Part shown: positions 29,801 through 38,527 of the stretch, piece by piece
How the letters are laid out: each line of letters opens with the position of its first letter
How positions within the stretch are numbered: position 1 is the stretch's first letter
Virus record (IMG/VR): IMGVR_UViG_2822225849_000004
Reading direction: 5' to 3' (one strand)
Length of the DNA stretch: 64,000 bases
Source: a virus
Notes under the pieces: model-generated
What the model was told of the DNA's origin: nothing
The model's input: the letters and a program-made list of their open reading frames with translations, nothing else
Database searches by the model: none
Translations under genes and position numbers: made by a program

Positions 29801-32660
29801 TAATTCTGATATTACAAAAGGATTGGGGTTTGATGCGTTTGATATTAAATCAGGTGACACTGTAAAATCACCTGCTAAAGTGGGTGACATTTTACTTGAA
29901 CCAGAACCTGAATGGAAGCGAATTGATGATGCAGATACTAATATTAAGTATGATGGAAAATGGGCATTATATAAAGGTGATGAGTACTACAATTCAACAC
30001 TTCATTACAAATATAAAACTATCGGTACAGACCCAGCATCAATACGTTTTAATTTCTACGGTACTAAATTAAGAATTATAGGCATATTAGCAAAAGACTA
30101 TGATTCTAATGCTACTATAACTATTGATGGAAAAACCGAAACAATTAATTTTTCTGCAACTCAGCCTAAAATTCAAGCTATTGTTTATGAGAAGCTTAAC
30201 CTACCGTTAGGAGATCACTCAGTTAAATTAGACGGAATTTTTATGAACCTAGATGCTATCGATATTGATTCAGATGATTCGATGGTAAAACCAACTGTTA
30301 AAGTGGGGGACCAATTATTAGCACCTGAAGACGGTTGGAAACGTTATGACGACAACGCATCTGAAATCTTCTATGATGCTAACTGGGCTAAGAATGTTGC
30401 GTACTCAGGTGCTTACGGTGGAAAGAGTACAAGTGCTCATAAAGGTAAAAATTCTAGTTTCCGATTTAAGTTCAAGGGTACTAAATTTAGAATAATTGTC
30501 GGTTGTTCTACTACAGAATTTTACTCAGATAAAATATCCGTAAGAATTGACGACTTACCTCTTGAATTCTTTAATGCTAATGCACCTAAAGATACTAACC
30601 AAGTCTTGAAATATGAAAAGCTAGGTTTAGAGGATAAGGAGCATGAAGTGAAGGTATCGGTTGTAACAAGCCAACCCGGTGCGGCATCTTATGACTATCG
30701 TTTTGATGCATTAGACATTGATGATACAGGAAGTCTTATCAAGATTAATACAGTAGGAAATGTGTTAACTGAACCGGAAAAAGGTTGGAAACGAATTGAT
30801 GATACTGATCCATTAATTCGTTATATCGGTAACTGGAAAACGGCTATTGGTAATGTGGATCATTACAATAAAACAACTCATTACAATCTCGACAAGACAC
30901 TTGACACGAGTTTCGAATTTGAGTTCGTAGGTACTAAACTTAGACTTCTAGCTTATGGCGACAGTGGTTACGATGCAACTTCTAAAGTACTTATTGATGG
31001 TAAAGAAGAAACTATGGTTTACAATAGTCCTTCAGGTAACCAGGTCATACGTTACGAGAAAATAGGTTTAGACAGTGGTAAGCATACTGTAAAAGTGATT
31101 GGTAAAGCTATGTCGTTAGATTCCATTGACATTGACGCTGACGGATACTTACTTGCTAGATTAGGTGACAAGTTAGTTGAGCCGGAACCTGGTTGGGTAC
31201 GTTTCGATGATACTCATAAGAATATTGAATACAACGGTTTCTGGAAAACAACTGAAGCTTATGTTAGTTGCTACAATAATACTCATCATTGGAAGAGTAA
31301 GGAAGACAATAACGATAGCACCATATCAGCTAGATTTGTATTCAAGGGTACTAAGTTCCGATTAATTAGTATGACAAGTCCATCTTATCCGGAAGACATT
31401 GAATTGAAAATCGATGACCAAAAGGAAATCCTTAAACTTTCAGGAGAAGGTATGCAATATCAAACGTTTGCATATGAAAAGAAAAACCTTGAAGATATGA
31501 TTCACGTTGTTGAGTTGTCAGGGAAATACATCAGTATCGATGCTATTGACTTAGAAGAAGGTGCAACACTATTAAAACTACCTGATGAGAAATTAAAACC
31601 ATATCAAATAAGAGGTGGTTTAATCTTTAGGGATGATTTTGATACGTATGATTCCAGATGGATTGCATCTCCTGTCGGCAGCTATTCTTTAATTGATCGA
31701 AAAGGAAATTTTAGAATGCTACACAATGTTTCGCGTGACACATTATTACTTGCAGATCTTCCAAATGAGGAAGAATTCGCATTTGAAGTATCTGCTGATT
31801 ATACGCCAACCCATGAAGATGACAAAGGCGGTATTATCGTTTGGAAAAACGGTGAGGAGAATATCGAGTTTTTAGAAACAGAAGATGGTACTCGAGAAAC
31901 AACTGAATTGAAGTGGATGGCGTGCAAAGATAGTGAAGATTGGACGTTTTTTTCTGATTATGGCGAAGGTTTTAATTTTTACGACTCAGATAGAATGAAC
32001 TGTAGTAAGTTTGGTGTCGTATTAAAAAAAGGATCGAATTCAAAGTTTATAAATCTTGATATTGATTCCATTATTGCTACAAGAGGAAGAAAGTTAACAA
32101 TTGCTAATATAGCGCCGAATATAAGTGTGGAGATGGAAGATGAATTTGGGAGAATTATATTCAATGGAAATACAGGGTATAACACTGGTATTCAAATTAC
32201 TCTCCCGTCACTAGAATTTGCAGGTAAAGTTATTTTGAAAAATGTAGAAGGTAAAGAATTAGGTGTTATTAAGACTACATTTTATGGTGGAGATTTATAT
32301 GGATTCGGATCTAATTTAGAAATTAAATTTTCAGGTGAGGAGCTTTCAACACTAGCACAAACTCGATTGCCAGATATGATATCAGGGAAATCAGAAATTA
32401 TGCTAGAACTTGTGAATCCTTCAGTTGCACGAGCGAATAATGTAAATTTAAGTATTGCCCAATATGAAGATAAATTTGGATGGTCATGGGCGGATCTTGC
32501 GCTAGACAGTAATGGTAAACCAGGTCAATATCAAGATAGTATCAATATTCCTTATGTAAATCCAGAAAACACAATGAAGTTTTGGTTAAAAGTAACAAAG
32601 GGAACAGATTATGTTGGTCTTGCTCCATTACAATTTCAAATACATCTTGAACATGAGTAG
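26886..32660 (+). CDS. Giant putative receptor-binding/adhesin protein: 11 beta-sandwich (carbohydrate-binding-like) repeats plus a unique C-terminal region
   Basis: 11 copies of KVGDxLLxPExGWKRIDDxD...FxGTxLRII...LYEK.GL...HTV...LDAIDI; strong RBS; no signal peptide. Confidence 0.8.
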   Translation: MMVRVLTQPEPGWQRIDDSDRNIIFEGENWLSGYSKYSDDYSKTFHYKESSHPSNLVYIKFSFVGTKLRIIGLANNGGYDSYATITIDGNPERLDYYAWEGKRQAVIYEKINLNKEPHTVTIRGIYLNLDAIDIDSDGYVFTPKKVGEILDKPDPGWIRFDDADSLIKYGDGAWNRVTDNRYYNSTVVYSLTKSVVEFSFKGTGVRLVSKSVNLGYGPVDITIDGVKESYNPVLGSDNWKVLLYNKEGLKNEVHSVKIEGLEGIIMDAIDILDGELVKTAKVGDVLLQPEIGWKRIDDTDVNIKYSGNWTLINNLPDYHNSTARFKHAKQSSVDNSAMSVTFKFKGTKLRVIGVSNNTYDREAQIIIDGKPETISFYADRDVSPSRVLLFDKQGLTDEMHTVELKGVFMHLDAIDIDETGSMVPPTKVGDVLLQPEAGWKRIDDTDSNIQYTGNWSLIDNQPLAYNSTIRFKNSKNPEPVDNSSMSLTFRFKGTKLRVIGVSNNTYDKDAQIIIDGKPETISFYADRDISPHRTLLFDKQGLTDEMHTVELNGVFMVLDAIDIDETGSMVPPAKVGDVLLQPESRWTRIDDRHSLIKYGSGTWELATDSRYSNSTNTFSKVSCDIEFSFKGTGLRIVSKMITTTSGYGPVDVLIDGVTEKYSITGSSDQWQTLLYEKQGLPDAVHSVKLVAPNGIIMDAIDVLDGQLEKTSAKVGDQLLQPEDGWKRIDDTDENIKYLGNWKTTKESNNYNSTIHYNTTSGVQVSYQFEFSGSKLRIIGFGDTGYDKSAKITIDGITEDIVYYQSKSGSQIIVYEKLNLKLGTHTVKVEGSIISLDAIDIEDTGSMVKSPVEVGDILLQPEFGWDRLNNSDPSITYTKFIRNTDDNGIRKCYMNDYHYAPNEGTVNLEFTGTGFRVLGIVYRGYSSNISIEIDGVKATFSEDYPIVGEYLQGSTLVYEMINLENKKHTVKIYNSDITKGLGFDAFDIKSGDTVKSPAKVGDILLEPEPEWKRIDDADTNIKYDGKWALYKGDEYYNSTLHYKYKTIGTDPASIRFNFYGTKLRIIGILAKDYDSNATITIDGKTETINFSATQPKIQAIVYEKLNLPLGDHSVKLDGIFMNLDAIDIDSDDSMVKPTVKVGDQLLAPEDGWKRYDDNASEIFYDANWAKNVAYSGAYGGKSTSAHKGKNSSFRFKFKGTKFRIIVGCSTTEFYSDKISVRIDDLPLEFFNANAPKDTNQVLKYEKLGLEDKEHEVKVSVVTSQPGAASYDYRFDALDIDDTGSLIKINTVGNVLTEPEKGWKRIDDTDPLIRYIGNWKTAIGNVDHYNKTTHYNLDKTLDTSFEFEFVGTKLRLLAYGDSGYDATSKVLIDGKEETMVYNSPSGNQVIRYEKIGLDSGKHTVKVIGKAMSLDSIDIDADGYLLARLGDKLVEPEPGWVRFDDTHKNIEYNGFWKTTEAYVSCYNNTHHWKSKEDNNDSTISARFVFKGTKFRLISMTSPSYPEDIELKIDDQKEILKLSGEGMQYQTFAYEKKNLEDMIHVVELSGKYISIDAIDLEEGATLLKLPDEKLKPYQIRGGLIFRDDFDTYDSRWIASPVGSYSLIDRKGNFRMLHNVSRDTLLLADLPNEEEFAFEVSADYTPTHEDDKGGIIVWKNGEENIEFLETEDGTRETTELKWMACKDSEDWTFFSDYGEGFNFYDSDRMNCSKFGVVLKKGSNSKFINLDIDSIIATRGRKLTIANIAPNISVEMEDEFGRIIFNGNTGYNTGIQITLPSLEFAGKVILKNVEGKELGVIKTTFYGGDLYGFGSNLEIKFSGEELSTLAQTRLPDMISGKSEIMLELVNPSVARANNVNLSIAQYEDKFGWSWADLALDSNGKPGQYQDSINIPYVNPENTMKFWLKVTKGTDYVGLAPLQFQIHLEHE

Positions 32661-32674
32661 TTGGAGGTGAAGAG

Positions 32675-33064
32675 ATGGGAACATCAATGGTCGTAAATCG
32701 ATATTATAAGCAAGAAGAACAAACAGAAAATATTTTTCCAAAGCTTATCGAAAAAAAAATAAAGGTTGAGATTAATAGTAATGAAAAGAAGTATATACCT
32801 ATTGAACTAGGTATAAACAAGTATGAACTTAGGACAATCTTTATTGAAAATACAGCAAATAATGATTATGAGTGTGCAATTTTTGATAAACAAAAAGATG
32901 GACAAATTCAGTACAGCAGTATTAAAGAAAAAAGAACATACGATATAATCAATATTCCTTGTGACGATAAAGATCAAATAAAGTCTTGTCACCTATTTAT
33001 TGAAAATTTCAGTAATGTACCTTCTTTGTATACTGTGGTATTAAAAGTAACGACATTAATTTAG
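32675..33064 (+). CDS. Tail-tip cassette 1 small protein
   Basis: Paralog of 36156-36524 (KEKRTYDIINIPCDDKD vs SEKRTYDILAIPCEDKD). Confidence 0.7.
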   Translation: MGTSMVVNRYYKQEEQTENIFPKLIEKKIKVEINSNEKKYIPIELGINKYELRTIFIENTANNDYECAIFDKQKDGQIQYSSIKEKRTYDIINIPCDDKDQIKSCHLFIENFSNVPSLYTVVLKVTTLI

Positions 33065-33076
33065 AGGTGAAATTAA

Positions 33077-33991
33077 ATGACTAAGGCTATTTTTACTAAA
33101 GGGACGTGTAAACGGTTTGAATTATTTGATACGTTTATACAAGTAGCTTTAAATGCAGGTTGGAGACTACGTGAAGGAGCGGATTTAACAAATAGGTTAG
33201 TTGAAATATATACTGATGGCTATAATGGTGATAAGCACTTGGCCGTACAGCTAAATGCTTTTGATGGTGATTGGGGTGAAGGTTATGATTGTAGAAAAAC
33301 AGATTACGCAGACGCAACTATGAGAATGGGAGTATTGAATTCTCCAACAACCTTTTATACCGTAGATGGATTTGATACTTTTTGTTTTTTTCCCGGAAGA
33401 CAATATGATAGCAATAATTATACTGGGGCAAGAAAATATAATAGATTGTGGGAAATGGAATATTTTTACTATGCTGATAAAGAGGTTATTATTTTTTTAG
33501 TTAAACCTTTTAGATACACGGGCCTAGGTAATACCCTTATATATTTAGGTTTTCCAGAACAATCGTTTATTGAAGAAAGCAAGAGAAATGAACGTAAACC
33601 ATATTCAGGTGCTATTTATGCTAATAGTGGCCATTCTGGAAGATTTACAGGGCAGAATAAGTGTAAGGTGTCAGATAATCCTAAGAATTTACTAGAGGTG
33701 GAAAATGCAATAACTATTGCACAACCAACGATGAGCATAATTTCACCTTTATCACCTAATGTTGATAATAAATTTGTACTAAGTGAAGTGTTTTATGGTG
33801 ACAGCAATACTGGAACTAGGGGGCGATTAGGTAGAGTGTATTTTTTACAGCCAGGTGGTATGCTGGATGGTGATATAATTCACATTGAAGTAAATAATGA
33901 GATTCAAAAGTACAGATATACAACATTGGGAGGTTCTAGTAATAATTACACGTCTTTTCCTACTCAAGCAGTAGCATTAAGAATAGAATGA
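33077..33991 (+). CDS. Cassette 1 variable tail-tip protein (paralog family)
   Basis: N-terminal ...NAGW; C-terminal GTRGRL...DGDII...ALRIE. Confidence 0.7.
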   Translation: MTKAIFTKGTCKRFELFDTFIQVALNAGWRLREGADLTNRLVEIYTDGYNGDKHLAVQLNAFDGDWGEGYDCRKTDYADATMRMGVLNSPTTFYTVDGFDTFCFFPGRQYDSNNYTGARKYNRLWEMEYFYYADKEVIIFLVKPFRYTGLGNTLIYLGFPEQSFIEESKRNERKPYSGAIYANSGHSGRFTGQNKCKVSDNPKNLLEVENAITIAQPTMSIISPLSPNVDNKFVLSEVFYGDSNTGTRGRLGRVYFLQPGGMLDGDIIHIEVNNEIQKYRYTTLGGSSNNYTSFPTQAVALRIE

Positions 33992-34002
33992 GGTGATATA
34001 AA

Positions 34003-34986
34003 GTGAGTATCATTTATAAAAGAGAAACATGTTTAAGGAAGGATTTATTTGATTCATTTATAAGAATGTTTGTAGAAGCTGGATGGGAAGTTCTTGAGGA
34101 TAATGGTACAGAGAAAGACTATCGAATTGTAATACATTCTAAAGGAAGCAATGGAAGATCACCAATGTATTTAGCTTTTTACCCTTATTCGGGACAAGAT
34201 GCACTTGGAAAACCGGGTTATGATATTAGAAAAAGTAATTCAACGGATGGACTTTTTAAGTGGATTAGGGAATGGGATTATGAAAATAAAAAAGAAATAA
34301 GTATTTATGGGAATTGGAATAGGTTGAATTTCTTTTATCGAAGCCCCAAGCTAACTTATGGTGGTGAACTAACATTGAGCCAAGATCTGGAAATGGAATA
34401 CTATTGTTATGCTGATTTAGATAGAGTTGTTTTTATAGCTATACCAAATGAGACGATTTTAAAGCAGCAAAAACCAGGTCAAGCTGTGCAACCAATAGTA
34501 CACTTTTTTGGTATACCTGAAGAAACATATGTTGAAGAAAAAAATGAACCATCCTATTCCTGTGCGATACATGCAAGCAGTAGCACGTCGTATTCTGGTA
34601 TGGATTATGCTTTCCTTACATGTAATACACCTAAAAGGCTTTTAGATAATTTTGCATATCAAAATAAATTTACGTATTTAACATGTTATCCTGCACCTGC
34701 AGAAGGTGGGTCAAATAATGGGACAATTATGTTATGGGACTTATATATAGCAGAGGAGAATGTTGGTTTAAGGGCTAAATTGGGATTTTTACAATGCTTT
34801 AAACCTAATGGTAAGATTATAGCTGATGGAAGAAGTGGAGATACAATTGAAATTGAAACTGAGAATGGTATTGAAGTTTATTTACCATTTTGGACAAATT
34901 ATTTTTCATACGGTAGTGAATCCAGTTCCAAAACTACTTCTTCATTTGGTAGTGAAATATCATATTTGGCTATAAGAATAAGATGA
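34003..34986 (+). CDS. Cassette 1 second variable tail-tip protein (paralog family)
   Basis: N-terminal ...EAGW; C-terminal GLRAKL...GDTIEI...LAIRIR. Confidence 0.7.
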   Translation: MSIIYKRETCLRKDLFDSFIRMFVEAGWEVLEDNGTEKDYRIVIHSKGSNGRSPMYLAFYPYSGQDALGKPGYDIRKSNSTDGLFKWIREWDYENKKEISIYGNWNRLNFFYRSPKLTYGGELTLSQDLEMEYYCYADLDRVVFIAIPNETILKQQKPGQAVQPIVHFFGIPEETYVEEKNEPSYSCAIHASSSTSYSGMDYAFLTCNTPKRLLDNFAYQNKFTYLTCYPAPAEGGSNNGTIMLWDLYIAEENVGLRAKLGFLQCFKPNGKIIADGRSGDTIEIETENGIEVYLPFWTNYFSYGSESSSKTTSSFGSEISYLAIRIR

Positions 34987-34995
34987 GGGATATGA

Positions 34996-35454
34996 ATGAT
35001 GGCTACTTATAGAGGAATAAAATTAACTGTCAGTCACCAAGGTAATAAACCAGGAATTCGAATTAATGATAAAACAATGGGAAAGATAGTACCTGAAGTT
35101 AATATGAAGGAACAGGGTAAACGGATAATTACAAAAACAAGTGGTAAAGTGTTACCTCAGATTATGGTGGAAAATTATGGGGAACGAGAAGTTAGAAAGA
35201 CTGCTGGACAAGAAGTTTCGAATCCGATATACGTAATTAAAGGGAGTCGTGTAAAAACAAAGGTAATAAGTACTTTTCTTCCTATCCCATTTTTAACAGG
35301 GGGGGTTCGAGTTCCAAATGGGACATGTGAAGGTTTTTTTCAGCAAAATCAGTATATATCTGAAGAACAAATCCGTAATCAAGCACTACCAAGAAAAGAA
35401 CCATTAGAATCACCATGGAAAAAGCGAACATATAGCAAAAAGAATTTTAATTAA
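34996..35454 (+). CDS. Cassette 1 small repeat protein
   Basis: ~21-aa internal repeats; C-terminal PRKEPLESPWKK shared with 37491-37871. Confidence 0.6.
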   Translation: MMATYRGIKLTVSHQGNKPGIRINDKTMGKIVPEVNMKEQGKRIITKTSGKVLPQIMVENYGEREVRKTAGQEVSNPIYVIKGSRVKTKVISTFLPIPFLTGGVRVPNGTCEGFFQQNQYISEEQIRNQALPRKEPLESPWKKRTYSKKNFN

Positions 35455-35460
35455 AACAAT

Positions 35461-36012
35461 AGCGTGCCAAAGCAGGCTTTTTTATTTTGCTTTGAAATGT
35501 AAAAAGGGGGGTGAAAGTTTTGAACGGATTCATGAGCTTGTAAAAACATTAAATGTACTGGACGTTATTAATACCACCCAATTTAAAGTTGCTTCTTTAA
35601 TTAGTGGGGGATTGGGGACTATATTTAATTTTTTATATGGTAAATCTAATTTAATTTGAATTATCATTTTGGTATGGGTAGTTGTATTAGATTGGATAAC
35701 TGGTAGTAAGGCTTCAAAATTAGATGGTACGTATTCATCACAATATGGAATTGAGGGCATTGCACGAACTGTGGTGCTTTTTTTATTACCTTCTTTAGCG
35801 TATTTATTTGATATTGCATTTAAACTACCAGAGTTTTTCTTTTTTATGGTAACGGGTGGTTTAATTTATCATATTTTTAATAGCTTTACAGCCAATTGTG
35901 TACGGATTAGCTGGGATAAATGGATTCCTACTTGGTTGTTAGAAAGTGTATCTTCTGAAATTGAGGCGAAAATTAGAAGATCAAAATCTAGAAAAGAAAA
36001 AAATTAAATAAA
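35461..36012 (+). repeat. Direct repeat copy 1 (holin region, ~552 bp)
   Basis: Near-identical to 37890-38440, from agcgtgccaaagcagg to ttaaataaa. Confidence 0.95.
35519..36007 (+). pseudogene. Inactivated holin copy
   Basis: Relative to copy 2, the start TTG is TTT (35519-21) and a Trp TGG is TGA (35657-59). Confidence 0.9.
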
Positions 36013-36131
36013 TACAGATTGATTCAGTAGCTGCACAAAGTATGCGAGATTTTTGGATAAAGGTTGTGAAGGATACAAATGTCCTAGCATTTGTACCAAT
36101 TTATTTTAATGTTCATCTAAAACATAATTGA
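36012..36131 (+). pseudogene. 3' remnant (39 codons) of a divergent homolog of the 26886-32660 gene
   Basis: IQIDSVAAQSMRDFWIKVVKDTNVLAFVPIYFNVHLKHN* aligns without gaps to INIPYVNPENTMKFWLKVTKGTDYVGLAPLQFQIHLEHE*. Confidence 0.85.
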
Positions 36132-36155
36132 GGTGAATACAATATAGGAACTGTA

Positions 36156-36524
36156 ATGAAATTATATAGATATACATCCGAAAGTGAGATTACACCATCA
36201 ATCCTTATTGAGAGGAATGTACAAATTACAATTGAACCAGAAAAAGTTCTATATGCTCCACAGGATGTAGGTTGTAACAAATACGATATTCGTACAATTC
36301 AAGTTACAAATGATTCAAACGTTGAAGCAATGTTATTTATGTACGATCAAAAAGAGAATGGGAATCAAGTCTATAAAAGCTTATCAGAAAAAAGAACATA
36401 TGATATTTTGGCTATTCCTTGTGAGGATAAAGATCATACAAACAAGGTACATCTTTATATAGAAAATAGGGGCGTAGCAAACTCTACTTTTAATGTTTCT
36501 ATAAAAGCAATACGTTTAAATTAA
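36156..36524 (+). CDS. Tail-tip cassette 2 small protein
   Basis: Paralog of 32675-33064. Confidence 0.7.
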   Translation: MKLYRYTSESEITPSILIERNVQITIEPEKVLYAPQDVGCNKYDIRTIQVTNDSNVEAMLFMYDQKENGNQVYKSLSEKRTYDILAIPCEDKDHTNKVHLYIENRGVANSTFNVSIKAIRLN

Positions 36525-36539
36525 GGAGGAACATATAAA

Positions 36540-37475
36540 ATGACAAATAAAATTTGTAAGTTACACAGACTAGAGCGCAGAGAAGTCTTTATGAAGATTA
36601 TCGATGAAATGAAAAAGGCTGGGTGGCAGCAATTAAATGCTGACAAACCGGATAAGAATAATATTTTTGTTATGTATTCTACAGGTAATGATGGAACCAA
36701 AAACAATTATATTGAGCTGCGTCCTTATGATAATCTTGCAAAAAATTCTTCATTATCAAGTCAGTATGACATAAGAGAACCGAATGTGAAATATACAGAT
36801 GGTAGTTACAGACTAATCAGAGGTTATGATAAAGAGGGTGGGAGTGGAACTGGAGAAGAAGTTTGGTTCCCTTTAGTATTCCATCAGGGGAAAGCAAATT
36901 ATTCTAGTGGGGCAATTGCTTTAAATTATGAAAAGTATATGGTTGACCTATATCTATACGTCGATAAAGATACTGTTATTTATTGTGTATATGCAAATGA
37001 TGATGAAATCCCATCTCACAAAGGAAAGACAGTGATTGGTTTTATAGGCCTTCCAGACGAATACTATCAACCGGAATTATTTTCACCGTATTCTTGCCCG
37101 TTCAGTGTTATGTTTAGCTGCGGTTCTCGCAGTCAAACAGCTACACATATAACTGATAGAAGTAAATTTTCAGGTACCGTTCTATATTCTGATACAAACT
37201 CTACATTTTATTGGGATAAAGTCTTTCTAAAGGCACCCTCTAATGAAGGAAAGATAGTTTTCACTCCTTTATACATGGGAGATAGTCGTGAAGGATTTAG
37301 AGGGAAGTACGATGGCTTTTACATCTATAGAGGTAGCGGTTTTATTTATGGTGATATTACAGAGATTGTTGAAAATGGGGAAATTCATAAGTACAAATTA
37401 TTTTACACGTCGGCCCCTATAGCTAATCAATATAATTCATTTAGTGATTACTATGTAGCTTTACGGATTGAATAA
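36540..37475 (+). CDS. Cassette 2 variable tail-tip protein (paralog family)
   Basis: N-terminal ...KAGW; C-terminal GFRGKY...YGDITEI...ALRIE. Confidence 0.7.
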   Translation: MTNKICKLHRLERREVFMKIIDEMKKAGWQQLNADKPDKNNIFVMYSTGNDGTKNNYIELRPYDNLAKNSSLSSQYDIREPNVKYTDGSYRLIRGYDKEGGSGTGEEVWFPLVFHQGKANYSSGAIALNYEKYMVDLYLYVDKDTVIYCVYANDDEIPSHKGKTVIGFIGLPDEYYQPELFSPYSCPFSVMFSCGSRSQTATHITDRSKFSGTVLYSDTNSTFYWDKVFLKAPSNEGKIVFTPLYMGDSREGFRGKYDGFYIYRGSGFIYGDITEIVENGEIHKYKLFYTSAPIANQYNSFSDYYVALRIE

Positions 37476-37490
37476 GTAGGAGGTAAGTAT

Positions 37491-37871
37491 ATGGCAGTAC
37501 TTCAAGGTATGATCATCTCTCCAACAAATCTATACTGTACGGGAACACGCGAAATTAATACACATCAGGGTATAATCATATCTCCAACAACGCTATATCA
37601 TGATGGAATACGTGAAATCAATACACATCGTCAAGGGATTATTGTTAATCCAATCGATTTTTCACATACAGGCGTTAGGCAACTCCTAACACATCGAGGG
37701 GGTATTTTAAATCCCGATGATTGGATACGAACAGGTATTAGGCAGATTTCCACCCGTCAAGGTGTTATGCACAATTTATCTCAAGGTAAGAAAGGAACTA
37801 CTGAAAAAGAAGTAATGAAGCAACCACGAACTGAACCACTAGAGTATGCGTGGAAGAAAATGAACATATAA
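37491..37871 (+). CDS. Cassette 2 small repeat protein
   Basis: About 4.5 repeats of QGIIISPxxLxxTGxRxIxTH; C-terminal PRTEPLEYAWKK. Confidence 0.65.
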   Translation: MAVLQGMIISPTNLYCTGTREINTHQGIIISPTTLYHDGIREINTHRQGIIVNPIDFSHTGVRQLLTHRGGILNPDDWIRTGIRQISTRQGVMHNLSQGKKGTTEKEVMKQPRTEPLEYAWKKMNI

Positions 37872-37889
37872 ATAACTTTATCAAAATCG

Positions 37890-38440
37890 AGCGTGCCAAA
37901 GCAGGCTTTTTTATTTTGCTTTGAAATGTAAAAAGGGGGTGAAAGTTTGGAACGGATTCATGAGCTTGTAAAAACATTAAATGTACTGGATGTTATTAAT
38001 ACCACCCAATTTAAAGTTGCTTCTGTAATTAGTGGGGGATTGGGAACTATATTTAATTTTTTATATGGTAAATCTAATTTAATTTGGATTATCATTTTGG
38101 TATGGGTAGTTGTATTAGATTGGATAACTGGTAGTAAGGCTTCAAAATTAGATGGTACGTATTCATCACAATATGGAATTGAGGGCATTGCACGAACTGT
38201 GGTGCTTTTTTTATTACCTTCTTTAGCGCATTTATTTGATATTGCATTTAAACTACCAGAGTTTTTCTTTTTTATGGTAACTGGTGGTTTGATTTATCAT
38301 ATTTTTAATAGCTTTACAGCCAATTGTGTACGTATTAGCTGGGATAAATGGATTCCTACTTGGTTGTTAGAAAGTGTATCTTCTGAAATAGAGGCGAAAA
38401 TTAGAAGATCAAAATCTAGAAAAGAAAAAAATTAAATAAA
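37890..38440 (+). repeat. Direct repeat copy 2 (holin region, ~551 bp)
   Basis: Near-identical to 35461-36012. Confidence 0.95.
37947..38435 (+). CDS. Holin (toxin secretion/phage lysis holin family)
   Basis: Hydrophobic helices, LDWITG...YSSQYGIEGI motif, basic C-terminus; directly upstream of the endolysin. Confidence 0.85.
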   Translation: MERIHELVKTLNVLDVINTTQFKVASVISGGLGTIFNFLYGKSNLIWIIILVWVVVLDWITGSKASKLDGTYSSQYGIEGIARTVVLFLLPSLAHLFDIAFKLPEFFFFMVTGGLIYHIFNSFTANCVRISWDKWIPTWLLESVSSEIEAKIRRSKSRKEKN

Positions 38441-38527
38441 GACAAATATAAAAAATGATAGCAAAAGGAGCAGCCTCAATTGAGGTGCTCTTTTTGTTTA
38501 TGCAAATATTAAAGGGGAAAATACGAA

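Noticed and set aside
32675-38440. Invertase-driven shufflon of tail genes
   Set aside because: The repeats are direct, all genes are co-oriented, and no recombinase is nearby.
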